Positions 55,357 through 64,000 of a DNA stretch of 64,000 nucleotides are shown piece after piece. A program made the translations under genes and the position numbers. Each line of letters begins with the position of its first letter. Position 1 is the first letter of the stretch. The stretch spans positions 30,454 through 94,453 of the forward strand of contig CALWBQ010000037.1 of NCBI GenBank assembly GCA_944376125.1, written 5' to 3'. The notes below the pieces were generated by a model. That model worked only from the letters and a program-made list of their open reading frames with translations, was not told the origin of the DNA and did not search any database. Origin of the DNA: an uncultured Lachnospiraceae bacterium (GTDB lineage: Bacteria > Bacillota > Clostridia > Lachnospirales > Lachnospiraceae).

Positions 55357-56844
55357 TCAAATCCCCAGAATGTCGGCCACCTCCTGTTTCATCTCATCTC
55401 TGCCGCACTCCCGATTATGAAGAATAGGAGCACTGCGGATCTCCTCCACAGCCTGAGGAACCGGAATCTTGGTCAGACGGCTCATCTCATCAATCAGAGC
55501 AAATTCATCCTCTTCTTCCCGCAGCCCCTGGATTGCCTCCATCACGCTCCTGGAAAATTTGTATGGGCTGGCCGTAGAAGCAATGACAGTCTTGGTCTCA
55601 TCGCCGGTCTTCTCCCTGTAGTCCTGGTAAACCGCTGCCGCCACGCCGGTATGGGTATCTACCAGATATCCCGTCTTCTGGAAGAGCTCCCTGATCATAG
55701 CCGCATCCTGCTCCTGAGTCGCATAGCCGCCGGTAAAATCTGACAGAAACGCTTTCATCCCGGCATCAATCGTGTAGGCTCCGGTACTGCTGAGACTGTC
55801 CATCAGGTCCTTGGTTTTCCCGCCGTCGCAGCCAGTGCTCAGGTAGATCAGGCGCTCCAAGTTGCTGGAAATCAGAATGTCCATAGAAGGGGATGTGGTT
55901 AAGATAAATTCCCGATTCCGATCATACTTCCCTGTGGAGAAGAAGTCATAGAGAACCTTATTTTCGTTGGAAGCACAGATCAGCTTTGCAATGGGCACGC
56001 CCATCCGCTTTGCAAAATAGGCCGCTAAAATATTGCCGAAATTTCCTGTTGGAACCGTTACATTGATGGGTTCGCCGTCTGCGATTTCACCGTGGGACAG
56101 CAGCTTCGCATAGGCATAGACATAATATACAATCTGCGGAACCAGCCGCCCGATATTGATAGAATTGGCGCTGGAAAACTGGTACCCTCTGTCTGCCAGC
56201 TTCTTGGCCAGCTCCTGATCACTGAAAAGCCTCTTCACCCCGGTCTGTGCATCGTCAAAATTCCCGCGGATGGCTACCACGCTGGTATTGCTGCCCTTCT
56301 GGGTGCGCATCTGAAGCTCCTGAATCCGGCTGACGCCTCCCTTGGGGTAGAAGACAATAATTCTCGTACCTGGCACATCGGCAAAGCCAGCCATAGCCGC
56401 TTTTCCCGTGTCCCCGGAAGTAGCGGTCAAAACCACAATCTCTCTGTCAACCTGATTCTTCTTTGCCGCTGTTGTCATAAGATGAGGCAGGATAGACAGC
56501 GCCATATCCTTAAACGCAATCGTCTTTCCATGGAACAGTTCCAAAAAGTACATTCCGCCGGCCTTAGCCAGAGGAGCGATCTCCTCTGTGTCAAATTTGC
56601 TGTCATAGGCTTTCTCAATGCAGCCTTTTAATTCCTCTTCTGTATAGTCCGTTAAAAACGGCTTCATTACCGCATATGCGGTCTCCTGATAGGACATCTC
56701 CGCCAGCTTTTCCATTGGGACAGGGAGAACTGGGATTTCAGACGGCATGTACAGTCCTCCATCCTCCGCCAGTCCCCGAAGGATCGCCTGGGAAGCCGTC
56801 ACTCCTTTTTCTCCGCCCCGTGTACTCTGATATGATAATGCCAT
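55357..56844 (-). CDS. thrC: threonine synthase (long form)
   Basis: Starts MALSYQSTRGGEKGVTASQAILRGLAEDGGLYMP. The PLP lysine region is FHGKTIAFKDMAL. 495 aa. Confidence 0.92.
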   Translation of the reverse strand: MALSYQSTRGGEKGVTASQAILRGLAEDGGLYMPSEIPVLPVPMEKLAEMSYQETAYAVMKPFLTDYTEEELKGCIEKAYDSKFDTEEIAPLAKAGGMYFLELFHGKTIAFKDMALSILPHLMTTAAKKNQVDREIVVLTATSGDTGKAAMAGFADVPGTRIIVFYPKGGVSRIQELQMRTQKGSNTSVVAIRGNFDDAQTGVKRLFSDQELAKKLADRGYQFSSANSINIGRLVPQIVYYVYAYAKLLSHGEIADGEPINVTVPTGNFGNILAAYFAKRMGVPIAKLICASNENKVLYDFFSTGKYDRNREFILTTSPSMDILISSNLERLIYLSTGCDGGKTKDLMDSLSSTGAYTIDAGMKAFLSDFTGGYATQEQDAAMIRELFQKTGYLVDTHTGVAAAVYQDYREKTGDETKTVIASTASPYKFSRSVMEAIQGLREEEDEFALIDEMSRLTKIPVPQAVEEIRSAPILHNRECGRDEMKQEVADILGI

Positions 56845-57032
56845 GGCTGCAACCTCTCTTCCGAATCCATATTCAACAGTAAAACTTTTGTGGCAATTCT
56901 AGCACACTTTCCCCCCAGGTGCAAGGAAAATCGATGCGGCCGGAAGTCTGCCCGGACCGCTCTGCCGGATTTGCAAATTTTTTCTTTTCCCTGTATACTT
57001 TTCTCATCATACGATTTCAAGGAGAATGTTTT

Positions 57033-57746
57033 ATGCGCTACGCTTCTGTCTGTCCGGCCGTCTTTTTGTCCCGGCCCAACCGATTTATCGCCTATGCAGA
57101 CCTTATGGGCACCACCGTCACCTGCCATGTAAAAAATACCGGCCGCTGCAGGGAGCTTCTGATTCCAGGAACCACCATTTTTCTGGAAGACCATTCTGAG
57201 GCTTCCCTCAAGACCAGAAAAACCCGCTACTCTGTCATCGCCGTCTTAAAGGAACGGGATGGCCATCCTCCCCTCCTCATCAATATGGACTCGCAGGCCC
57301 CCAATCAGGCCGCCTGGGAATGGGTTCGCCGGGGAGGTCTGTCAGAATATGGGGAAGTTTCTGATCTCCGCAGGGAAGTTTCCTATGGAACCTCCCGCTT
57401 CGATCTGGCCTTTCTCCTGGATGGAAAACCTGCATTTATGGAGGTTAAAGGTGTCACTCTGGAAGACCGCGGCCTTGCCATGTTCCCCGACGCCCCCACC
57501 GAAAGAGGGGTTCGCCATCTCACAGAGCTTTCCCGCGCTGCAGAAGAAGGGCTCTCCTGTTTCGTTTTGTTTGTAGTCCAGATGAAGGAGATCCATCACG
57601 TTTCCCCCAACCGGCAGACCCACCCAGCATTCGCCGACGCTCTGAAAGCTGCAGCTCAGGCTGGCGTCCGGGTCTTAGCCAGAGACTGTATCGTCACCCC
57701 AGACTCTATGGAAGTGGATTCCCCTGTCCCCGTTATCCTGAACTGA
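57033..57746 (+). CDS. sfsA: sugar fermentation stimulation protein SfsA
   Basis: The ATG at 57033 gives MRYASVCPAVFLSRPNRFIAYADL...CHVKNTGRCRELL...FMEVKGVTL...FPDAPTERGVRHL. Confidence 0.85.
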   Translation: MRYASVCPAVFLSRPNRFIAYADLMGTTVTCHVKNTGRCRELLIPGTTIFLEDHSEASLKTRKTRYSVIAVLKERDGHPPLLINMDSQAPNQAAWEWVRRGGLSEYGEVSDLRREVSYGTSRFDLAFLLDGKPAFMEVKGVTLEDRGLAMFPDAPTERGVRHLTELSRAAEEGLSCFVLFVVQMKEIHHVSPNRQTHPAFADALKAAAQAGVRVLARDCIVTPDSMEVDSPVPVILN

Positions 57747-57821
57747 CGGCACGTTTCCTTAACCTTTTGGCGTTCGGCAGCATACGCTGGTATTAACGGT
57801 TCTTTTTTGTGATGTGATCTT

Positions 57822-58064
57822 ATGGTCGTCCCATTAAATCAAATAAATACCGGTGAAACAGCCCAGATTGCCTTCCTGGCAGGGGAAGATTCTATGTCTC
57901 TCCGTCTCTTTGATCTGGGCTTTGTCCCCGGCGAGACAGTCTCCTGTGTCATAAAAGGGCGCCGCGGAGGGATGTCTGCCTACCTGGTGCGCTGTGCTGT
58001 CATCGCCCTGCGGGAAAAAAACGCCCTGGAAATTTTTGTTTCCAGGGCAGAATCTTCTCAATAA
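57822..58064 (+). CDS. feoA: FeoA family protein (second copy)
   Basis: 80 aa, ...GETAQIAFLAGEDSMSLRLFDLGFVPGETVSCVIKGRRGGMSAYLVRCAVIALREKNA. This is the SH3-like FeoA pattern. Confidence 0.75.
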   Translation: MVVPLNQINTGETAQIAFLAGEDSMSLRLFDLGFVPGETVSCVIKGRRGGMSAYLVRCAVIALREKNALEIFVSRAESSQ

Positions 58065-58073
58065 TTCTATTGG

Positions 58074-60119
58074 TTACCGTCTTGACCTTCCAGCCGGCTG
58101 TTCTCTCTGCCGGCTGTTTCTCATGCCGCTTTTTCTCCGTCCTCTTCCATCCTTGTCCCGGCTGCGGTGATGGCGGACATGTTCACTCTTTCCTCTCTCA
58201 AAACATCTCTCGCAGATGCTGAATGGATAGTTCCAATCCAGCTCCCTCCCACAGATGGAACATTTTTTAGAGTAACTGCCGCACTCTGTCTTCAAGATGC
58301 GGCTGATTTCCTGCTCTGTCTCCCGGCGCTCCTCTTCGAGATTTTCCTGCTGGATGGGAAGTCCCACCTTCCTGGAAAATTGAAAATACAGATCCAGCAT
58401 CTTGTAATAGCTCTCCAGATCGTACAGGTCAGATCCTGGGCTGTAGGGAAACTCTAGTTCATCCACATTCCGGTACTCCCGGCAGTAATCTTTCCACAAA
58501 TCCACCACCAGTTTATTGTTGATATCGATGGCACAGGTAATCAGTTTATAGATTTCCTGTTTGCTGAATTCCTTTAAATGATCCTTGTGGACTGTCAGGA
58601 AGTGCTGATACAGCGCCAACAGCTCATCCACCTCCATTTTCTGGTAAATGGCCGGTGCATCCATGGAAGCCCATATCTTGATCAGGTGATCAATGTCAGC
58701 CGGAAGGTTCAAAAGCTGCTCCGGGAATCCGATATACGCCTTCATAATCGGCACCGGCAGTCTTGACAGGCCGTCCTCGATCATATCAATCCCGTCGATA
58801 GCCGCCACAAATCCTTCCTCGTATATTCCGAAACGCCCGGCCCGGCCTGCGATCTGTTTAATCTCCCCCGGCTCCAGCGGCCGTTTTACATTCCCATCAA
58901 ATTTGGATGTCTCAATAAAAACAATCCGGCGAATGGGGAGGTTGAGGCCCATGCCGATGGCGTCGGTGCTGACTACTACATCCGTCTCTTTTTCCAAAAA
59001 GCGCCTTACCTGTTCCCTGCGGGTGGCTGGAGGCAGGCTGCCGTAGATTACGCTGCAGGAAATCCCCTGCTTTTCCAGGTGAGCTGCCAGTGCCAGAACC
59101 GACTTCTTAGAAAAAACAATGAGAGCATCCCCCTTCCTCAAATTGTTCAGGAGAGAGTAAGGCTTTTTTTCCACCGTCAGCCGGGTATTCCTCTTATGGC
59201 GAACAATGCGGTAGGTATCGTGGCAGCGCTTAATCATCTGCGTGATAATGGATTCCGCCTCCGGTGCCATGCACAGATGGATTTCCTCAGCCCGGAGTCC
59301 CAGTATAGCCCGGGTCCAGTTGTGGCCTCTGTACGGATCCCCTACCATTTGACATTCATCCACCACAACTATATCAAAATATTCGTGGTCATTGAGCATC
59401 TCCACCGTACATGCCTGGCACACAGCGCCGGGGATCTCTATAGTTTCCTCCCCCGTCACCATGGAGCATGGGACATTCTCTGCATTGCACTTGTCATAGA
59501 CCTCCAGGGCCAGCAGGCGCAGCGGGCCGAAATACGCTCCGTGGGAAGCCTCCTTCAGGCGCTCAAGGGCGTCGTGGGTCTTCCCGCTGTTGGTAGGGCC
59601 AATGTGGAGGATGAATTTCCGCTTCATCGCCCTGGCCTCAGGATACTCGTCCTCAGGCTGCTTCTCCATGGATTCCGAAATTCCTCTCTGGATTGCCTTG
59701 GGAATATAGAAAAGCTGATAAGACCGATCCAGAGAGTTCGTCAGGAGGTATCGGCGGATCCCCTGCATCTTTAAAATTTGCTCCAGTTCTCCCTGTGTCA
59801 TGTCCGGCAGGAATCTCAAATCCCACACAGCCAGATCCCGGCAGAATTTCCTTGCCTGTTCCATGTATGTTTCAATGACCGCCTTCTGCTCTTCTGAACG
59901 GACCGTGTGCTCCTTGTGCATCAGATAAGCGCAGACCTTTGCCAGCATCGCATGGATATCATTGAGCTCATTGGCTTTTTCCACCTCCTCCAAGGTGGAA
60001 AGGCACAGCTTTTCCATTCTCTTTTTCATCTCTCCGGTGGTCATAGAACGGTAGCGTTTATTCACGTTTCCTAAAAATAGTTCCTCATAAAAGTTTCCTA
60101 AAAATTCCGTAATTTCCAT
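58074..60119 (-). CDS. SUV3-like superfamily 2 RNA helicase with C-terminal zinc ribbon and basic tail
   Basis: Motif I is GPTNSGKTHDA and motif II is VVDECQM, with later helicase motifs (VFSKKS, TDAIGMGLNLP, QIAGRAGR). The C-terminus reads CSICGRELDWNYPFSICERCF followed by an Arg-rich tail. Confidence 0.75.
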   Translation of the reverse strand: MEITEFLGNFYEELFLGNVNKRYRSMTTGEMKKRMEKLCLSTLEEVEKANELNDIHAMLAKVCAYLMHKEHTVRSEEQKAVIETYMEQARKFCRDLAVWDLRFLPDMTQGELEQILKMQGIRRYLLTNSLDRSYQLFYIPKAIQRGISESMEKQPEDEYPEARAMKRKFILHIGPTNSGKTHDALERLKEASHGAYFGPLRLLALEVYDKCNAENVPCSMVTGEETIEIPGAVCQACTVEMLNDHEYFDIVVVDECQMVGDPYRGHNWTRAILGLRAEEIHLCMAPEAESIITQMIKRCHDTYRIVRHKRNTRLTVEKKPYSLLNNLRKGDALIVFSKKSVLALAAHLEKQGISCSVIYGSLPPATRREQVRRFLEKETDVVVSTDAIGMGLNLPIRRIVFIETSKFDGNVKRPLEPGEIKQIAGRAGRFGIYEEGFVAAIDGIDMIEDGLSRLPVPIMKAYIGFPEQLLNLPADIDHLIKIWASMDAPAIYQKMEVDELLALYQHFLTVHKDHLKEFSKQEIYKLITCAIDINNKLVVDLWKDYCREYRNVDELEFPYSPGSDLYDLESYYKMLDLYFQFSRKVGLPIQQENLEEERRETEQEISRILKTECGSYSKKCSICGRELDWNYPFSICERCFERGKSEHVRHHRSRDKDGRGRRKSGMRNSRQREQPAGRSRR

Positions 60120-60136
60120 TTTTCTAAACTCCGTTC

Positions 60137-62146
60137 TTATCTCGCGCCATCCGGCGTCTCCCCAATCACTTCCAGAGGCAGATGGATGTACTCTTCTACT
60201 TTGTCCCAGTTTACCACAAATCCGGCTCCATGGGAACAGAAAACCGATGAAGACGGGTTTTCTTTATCTGCACCTTTATCGTAGGCCCGCTCTCTTATCA
60301 CCTCTTCTGGATTGTGGCAGGGCCGAAAGCCTTCCGTCACCATGGAGACGCTGCCGCTCCCTCTGGTGATGGCCGCCAGATCCATTCCATATTCCATAAA
60401 CTCACATGCAGGCCCAGCCGCCCGGATTCGGACAGTGCCGCCAATGATCTCCGGGGGTTCAAATGAACCGCTGCGCTTTTGGATATCTGCCATAATTTTC
60501 CCTGCGTACTCTTCCCCTGCTGCAATCTCCAGACGGCAGTAGGGTTCCAGCAGAACATTGTCGGCTTTCTCCAGTCCCTGGCGGATTGCGCGGTAGACAG
60601 CCTGCCGGAAATCCCCTCCCTCTGTATGCTTTAGATGAGCTTTCCCAGCAGTCAGTACAATCCGGATATCCGTCAGCGGAGAGCCGGTCAGGATTCCTTT
60701 GTGAACTCGCTCAAACACATGGGTTCTGATCAAATTCTGGTAGTTTTCTCCCAAAACGTCCACGCGGCACTCACTGGCAAAAGCAATTCCCTGTCCCCTT
60801 GGCGCCGGTTCCAGTCTCAAATGAACCTCCGCGTAGTGGCGCAGCGGTTCATAGTGTCCGAAGCCCATCACCGGGGCCGCGATCGTCTCCTTGTACAAAA
60901 CCTGGGGTCTGGAAAATTCCGCCTGAATTCCAAACCTCTGACTCAGCACCTGCTCCAGGACCTCCAGCTCTATTTTCCCCATAACACTCACCAGAATACT
61001 GCCGTCTTCCCGATATTCTGCCGCCAGCTGGGGATCCTCTTCCTCTAAAATTTTGAGAGTCTGAAAGAGAATATGGCTGTCAGTCTGTTCCGACACAACC
61101 TTCGCCTGGAATGCAGGAATCATCTGGAATCCAGGTTTTCTCTCACCATCCGGCCCTTTCCGGCGGATCCCCACCAGGGAACCGCAGGCCACGCCCGACA
61201 GCCCGGTGACCCCGCAGAGCAGCCCAGCCGGAGCCACCTCCGCACTGCGGCTTTTTTCTCCTGAGTATATGCGGATTTCGTTGACCTTTCCCACCTCGCC
61301 TTCGCCGCAGTAAAGCTCCATTCGTGCCCTCAAAGCGCCTCTCATAACCTTTAAAAAGGTAATCCGCTGTCCTTTTCCATCGTGGCGAATTTTGTAAACC
61401 CGCCCTTCAAAATCCCCATCTGTTTGGTACTCTGTCCTGGTCAGACAATGGAATACTTGAAAAAATTCCCGGACGCCCTGATCCTTGGCTGCCGACCCTT
61501 CCAGACATAAAAATGCTCTGCGCTCTCCAATCAGGTGGGTCAGCACTTCAGTCAGATAGGCCGCGCTGATCTCCTCCCCGTTCAGATAGCGCTCCATCAA
61601 GCCGTCATCTCTCTCTGCCGCAAATTCTACCAGCGCTTCTGAGGGCTGTCCCTGTCCTCCCGCCAATACAGTGGCATCCTCCCCTATCAAAAATACATCC
61701 TTGGTCAGCTTCTCCCGTATTTCTTCCAGCGTTTTGTCTCCGTCGGCGGTATCCAAATCCATTTTATTGAAAAAGAAAAACACTGGAACCTGATACTTCT
61801 CCAGAAGACCAAACAGTGTCACCGCGTGGGCTGCCACCCCCTTTGAGGCGTCAATCAAAAGAACCGCATAGTCCAGAACCGTCACCGCCCGCTCTGTCTC
61901 CGGAGAAAAATCCACATGGCCTGGTGTATCTAAAAGACAGTAAGTGTCTCCCTCATACTCGAATTGGCTCTGCCCGGCATAAATCGTGATCCCTCTCGCC
62001 TTCTCCACCTGGTCTGCGTCCAGCAGGGTGGTCCCCGCGTCTACTTTTCCTGGGAAACGGATGACCCCCATATGGTACAGAAGGCTCTCCGAAAATGTTG
62101 TTTTCCCACTGTCCACATGGGCCAGGACACCAAAGGTTTTTCTCAT
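60137..62146 (-). CDS. translational GTPase of the EF-G / TetM-like family
   Basis: The ATG at 62146 (RBS AAAGGAG) gives MRKTFGVLAHVDSGKTTFSESLLY...DTPGHVDF...NKMD. It has domains II-V like EF-G or ribosomal protection proteins. 669 aa. Confidence 0.8.
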   Translation of the reverse strand: MRKTFGVLAHVDSGKTTFSESLLYHMGVIRFPGKVDAGTTLLDADQVEKARGITIYAGQSQFEYEGDTYCLLDTPGHVDFSPETERAVTVLDYAVLLIDASKGVAAHAVTLFGLLEKYQVPVFFFFNKMDLDTADGDKTLEEIREKLTKDVFLIGEDATVLAGGQGQPSEALVEFAAERDDGLMERYLNGEEISAAYLTEVLTHLIGERRAFLCLEGSAAKDQGVREFFQVFHCLTRTEYQTDGDFEGRVYKIRHDGKGQRITFLKVMRGALRARMELYCGEGEVGKVNEIRIYSGEKSRSAEVAPAGLLCGVTGLSGVACGSLVGIRRKGPDGERKPGFQMIPAFQAKVVSEQTDSHILFQTLKILEEEDPQLAAEYREDGSILVSVMGKIELEVLEQVLSQRFGIQAEFSRPQVLYKETIAAPVMGFGHYEPLRHYAEVHLRLEPAPRGQGIAFASECRVDVLGENYQNLIRTHVFERVHKGILTGSPLTDIRIVLTAGKAHLKHTEGGDFRQAVYRAIRQGLEKADNVLLEPYCRLEIAAGEEYAGKIMADIQKRSGSFEPPEIIGGTVRIRAAGPACEFMEYGMDLAAITRGSGSVSMVTEGFRPCHNPEEVIRERAYDKGADKENPSSSVFCSHGAGFVVNWDKVEEYIHLPLEVIGETPDGAR

Positions 62147-62259
62147 AAGTTTCTCCTTTCTGGGGTGGAATAGCACAGATCCCCCATTCCGTTCATAAAT
62201 AAAAGGTAAAAGCTGCCTCCGCATACCTCTCCCGCGGGGCGGCCCGGCTGGAGGTATTT

Positions 62260-64000
62260 ATGGAAAAGCGAGCAATCGTTGCCGCGCTGGCAGGCAATCC
62301 CAATGTAGGCAAAAGCAGCATCTTCAACGGTTTGACCGGGCTACGGCAGCACACTGGGAACTGGCCTGGGGTTACAGTATCCTCGGCCCAGGGTGTTTTT
62401 CAATATGGCGGCCGGGATTTTCTCCTGGTGGATCTTCCCGGAACCTACTCCCTGAATCCCCACTCAGCGGAGGAAGAAGTTACCCGCAATTTTCTCGCCT
62501 CCGGGCAGGCGGATGTCATTGTAACGGTCTGCGATGCCACCTGCCTGGAACGTGGACTGTATCTTCTCTCTCAGATCACTCGGCTGGACTGCGTCAGAGA
62601 TAGAGGACTTCCCATCGTGCTGTGCATCAATCTCTGTGATGAAGCCGAAAAAAAAGGAATCTCCATCGACTTTTCCCTTCTCCAGGATGTACTGCAGATT
62701 CCAGTAGTCCCATGCTGTGCCAGGCGGGCCTGCACGTTCCATGAAATCCGCCAGGCCATTTTTGATGCCAGCAGCCAAACATTTTCCTACGACTGCCTGG
62801 ATTTTTCTCCAAAGTGTCTGGCAGACGAAACCGTTTCCTACAGCCGGACGGACTACCGTGCCAGAGATGAGCTGATCGACCGTATCGTCACGGGACCGAT
62901 CTCCGGAAAATTCATCATGGCTGGCCTTCTCCTGCTGGTTTTTTGGCTCACTATGGCCGGAGCCAACTATCCTTCCCAGCTTCTGTGGGATGCCTTGTTT
63001 CAGGCAGAAGGCTGGCTGGCTGACGGCTTGACGGCCCTCTCTGCCCCGGAATGGGCCGTCAGCTCACTGGTCTACGGCCTTTACCGTGTACTGGCCTGGG
63101 TTATCTCTGTCATGCTTCCCCCCATGGCCATTTTCTTTCCTCTGTTTACCCTGCTGGAGGATCTCGGATATCTCCCCAGAGTGGCCTTTCACATGGACCG
63201 GGCTTTTGAGCGCTGCCGCGCCTGCGGAAAACAGTGTCTGACCATGGCTATGGGGCTGGGCTGCAACGCAGCCGGCGTCACTGGCTGCCGGATCATCGAT
63301 TCCCCCAGAGAACGGCTCATCGCCATCCTGACCAACGCCATGATCCCCTGCAATGGCCGGTTCCCCACGCTCTTTACCCTGATCACTCTATTCTTCACCG
63401 CCGGAATTCAAAGGAACGCTGCCGGTTCCCTGGCAGCCGCCGCGTGTCTCACCCTTGTGATACTTCTGGGCGTTTTGGCTACTCTGGGGGCATCCTGGCT
63501 CCTGTCCCACACACTTTTAAAGGGGGTTCCATCCTCCTTTACTTTGGAACTTCCCCCCTACCGCCGTCCCCAGATCGGCAAAGTCATTCTCCGCTCCATC
63601 TTTGACCGGACCCTGTTCGTCCTCGGACGCGCCGCTGCCGTGGCTGCCCCTGCAGGTATCCTGATCTGGGGCATGGCTAACATCGCCTATGTAGGGCCAG
63701 AAAACGGATGGCTTGCCTTTGCCCGAACCTTATCCGGGAGCGGGCCGGCTGCAGATGCCCCCACTCTCTTATCGATACTTACAGGGATTCTGAATCCTCT
63801 CGGACGGCTGATGGGGCTGGACGGTGTAATTCTCACTGGATTTATCCTCGGTTTCCCGGCTAACGAGATCGTTCTGCCGATTATCCTGATGGCCTACCTT
63901 CAATCAGGCGTCCTGACAGATATGAAGGATACTATGGTGCTGAAAGAACTTCTCACGGCTAACGGCTGGACCTGGCAGACTGCCGTTTCCATGGTACTGT
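62260..64000 (+). CDS. feoB: ferrous iron transporter FeoB (second copy), 3' end beyond the window
   Basis: Not in the track because it is open-ended. My translation from the ATG at 62260 gives MEKRAIVAALAGNPNVGKSSIFNGLTGLRQHTGNWPGVTV...VDLPGTYSL. A polytopic membrane domain then continues without stops to the window end. Confidence 0.85.
   Translation, partial: MEKRAIVAALAGNPNVGKSSIFNGLTGLRQHTGNWPGVTVSSAQGVFQYGGRDFLLVDLPGTYSLNPHSAEEEVTRNFLASGQADVIVTVCDATCLERGLYLLSQITRLDCVRDRGLPIVLCINLCDEAEKKGISIDFSLLQDVLQIPVVPCCARRACTFHEIRQAIFDASSQTFSYDCLDFSPKCLADETVSYSRTDYRARDELIDRIVTGPISGKFIMAGLLLLVFWLTMAGANYPSQLLWDALFQAEGWLADGLTALSAPEWAVSSLVYGLYRVLAWVISVMLPPMAIFFPLFTLLEDLGYLPRVAFHMDRAFERCRACGKQCLTMAMGLGCNAAGVTGCRIIDSPRERLIAILTNAMIPCNGRFPTLFTLITLFFTAGIQRNAAGSLAAAACLTLVILLGVLATLGASWLLSHTLLKGVPSSFTLELPPYRRPQIGKVILRSIFDRTLFVLGRAAAVAAPAGILIWGMANIAYVGPENGWLAFARTLSGSGPAADAPTLLSILTGILNPLGRLMGLDGVILTGFILGFPANEIVLPIILMAYLQSGVLTDMKDTMVLKELLTANGWTWQTAVSMVL

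Noticed and set aside
60137-62146. Calling the EF-G/TetM-like GTPase a tetracycline-resistance ribosomal protection gene.
   Set aside because: Only the family-level architecture matches. By eye the sequence is far from Tet(M)/Tet(O)-type proteins and has a different C-terminus. A resistance claim would need phylogeny or a phenotype.

Overview
The window reads as a chromosomal segment of a moderate-GC Firmicute, probably a Clostridia or Lachnospiraceae-type gut anaerobe. That taxonomic guess rests on EF-Tu/EF-G sequence style, a class 3 FBPase, a type III glutamine synthetase and many CW_binding_1 repeat proteins. I support about 55 protein-coding genes. I found no rRNA, tRNA, CRISPR array, transposase or obvious phage or defence module. 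Housekeeping blocks: an isolated rpsL-rpsG-fusA-tuf operon; fbp, fba, thrC, fumC plus malic enzyme, and glnN; an Opu-type osmoprotectant ABC transporter; and two Feo iron-uptake loci. These are interleaved with accessory genes: secreted cell-wall enzymes (NlpC/P60, CAP, M23, S8 protease), four cell-wall-binding repeat genes (one 5'-truncated), a heparinase II/III-DUF1961-YesL cluster, small redox and detox genes, and several gene remnants. Items most worth follow-up: (1) two tandem intact tyrosine recombinase genes divergent from a surface-protein gene that has a full and a promoterless truncated paralogue 45 kb away, a possible phase or antigenic variation system, though I found no convincing inverted repeats; (2) a 2 x 110 bp tandem duplication upstream of the S8 protease, each copy carrying an extended -10 box inside a 14-bp-arm palindrome with one compensatory base-pair change between copies; (3) WalR-type TGTAAC direct repeats just downstream of the predicted promoters of the NlpC/P60 and CAP genes; (4) a feoA...feoB pair split by an antiparallel EF-G/TetM-like GTPase plus SUV3-like helicase operon; (5) an uncharacterised three-gene membrane cluster. 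All functional calls come from reading the supplied translations and recognising motifs. No database search was run.
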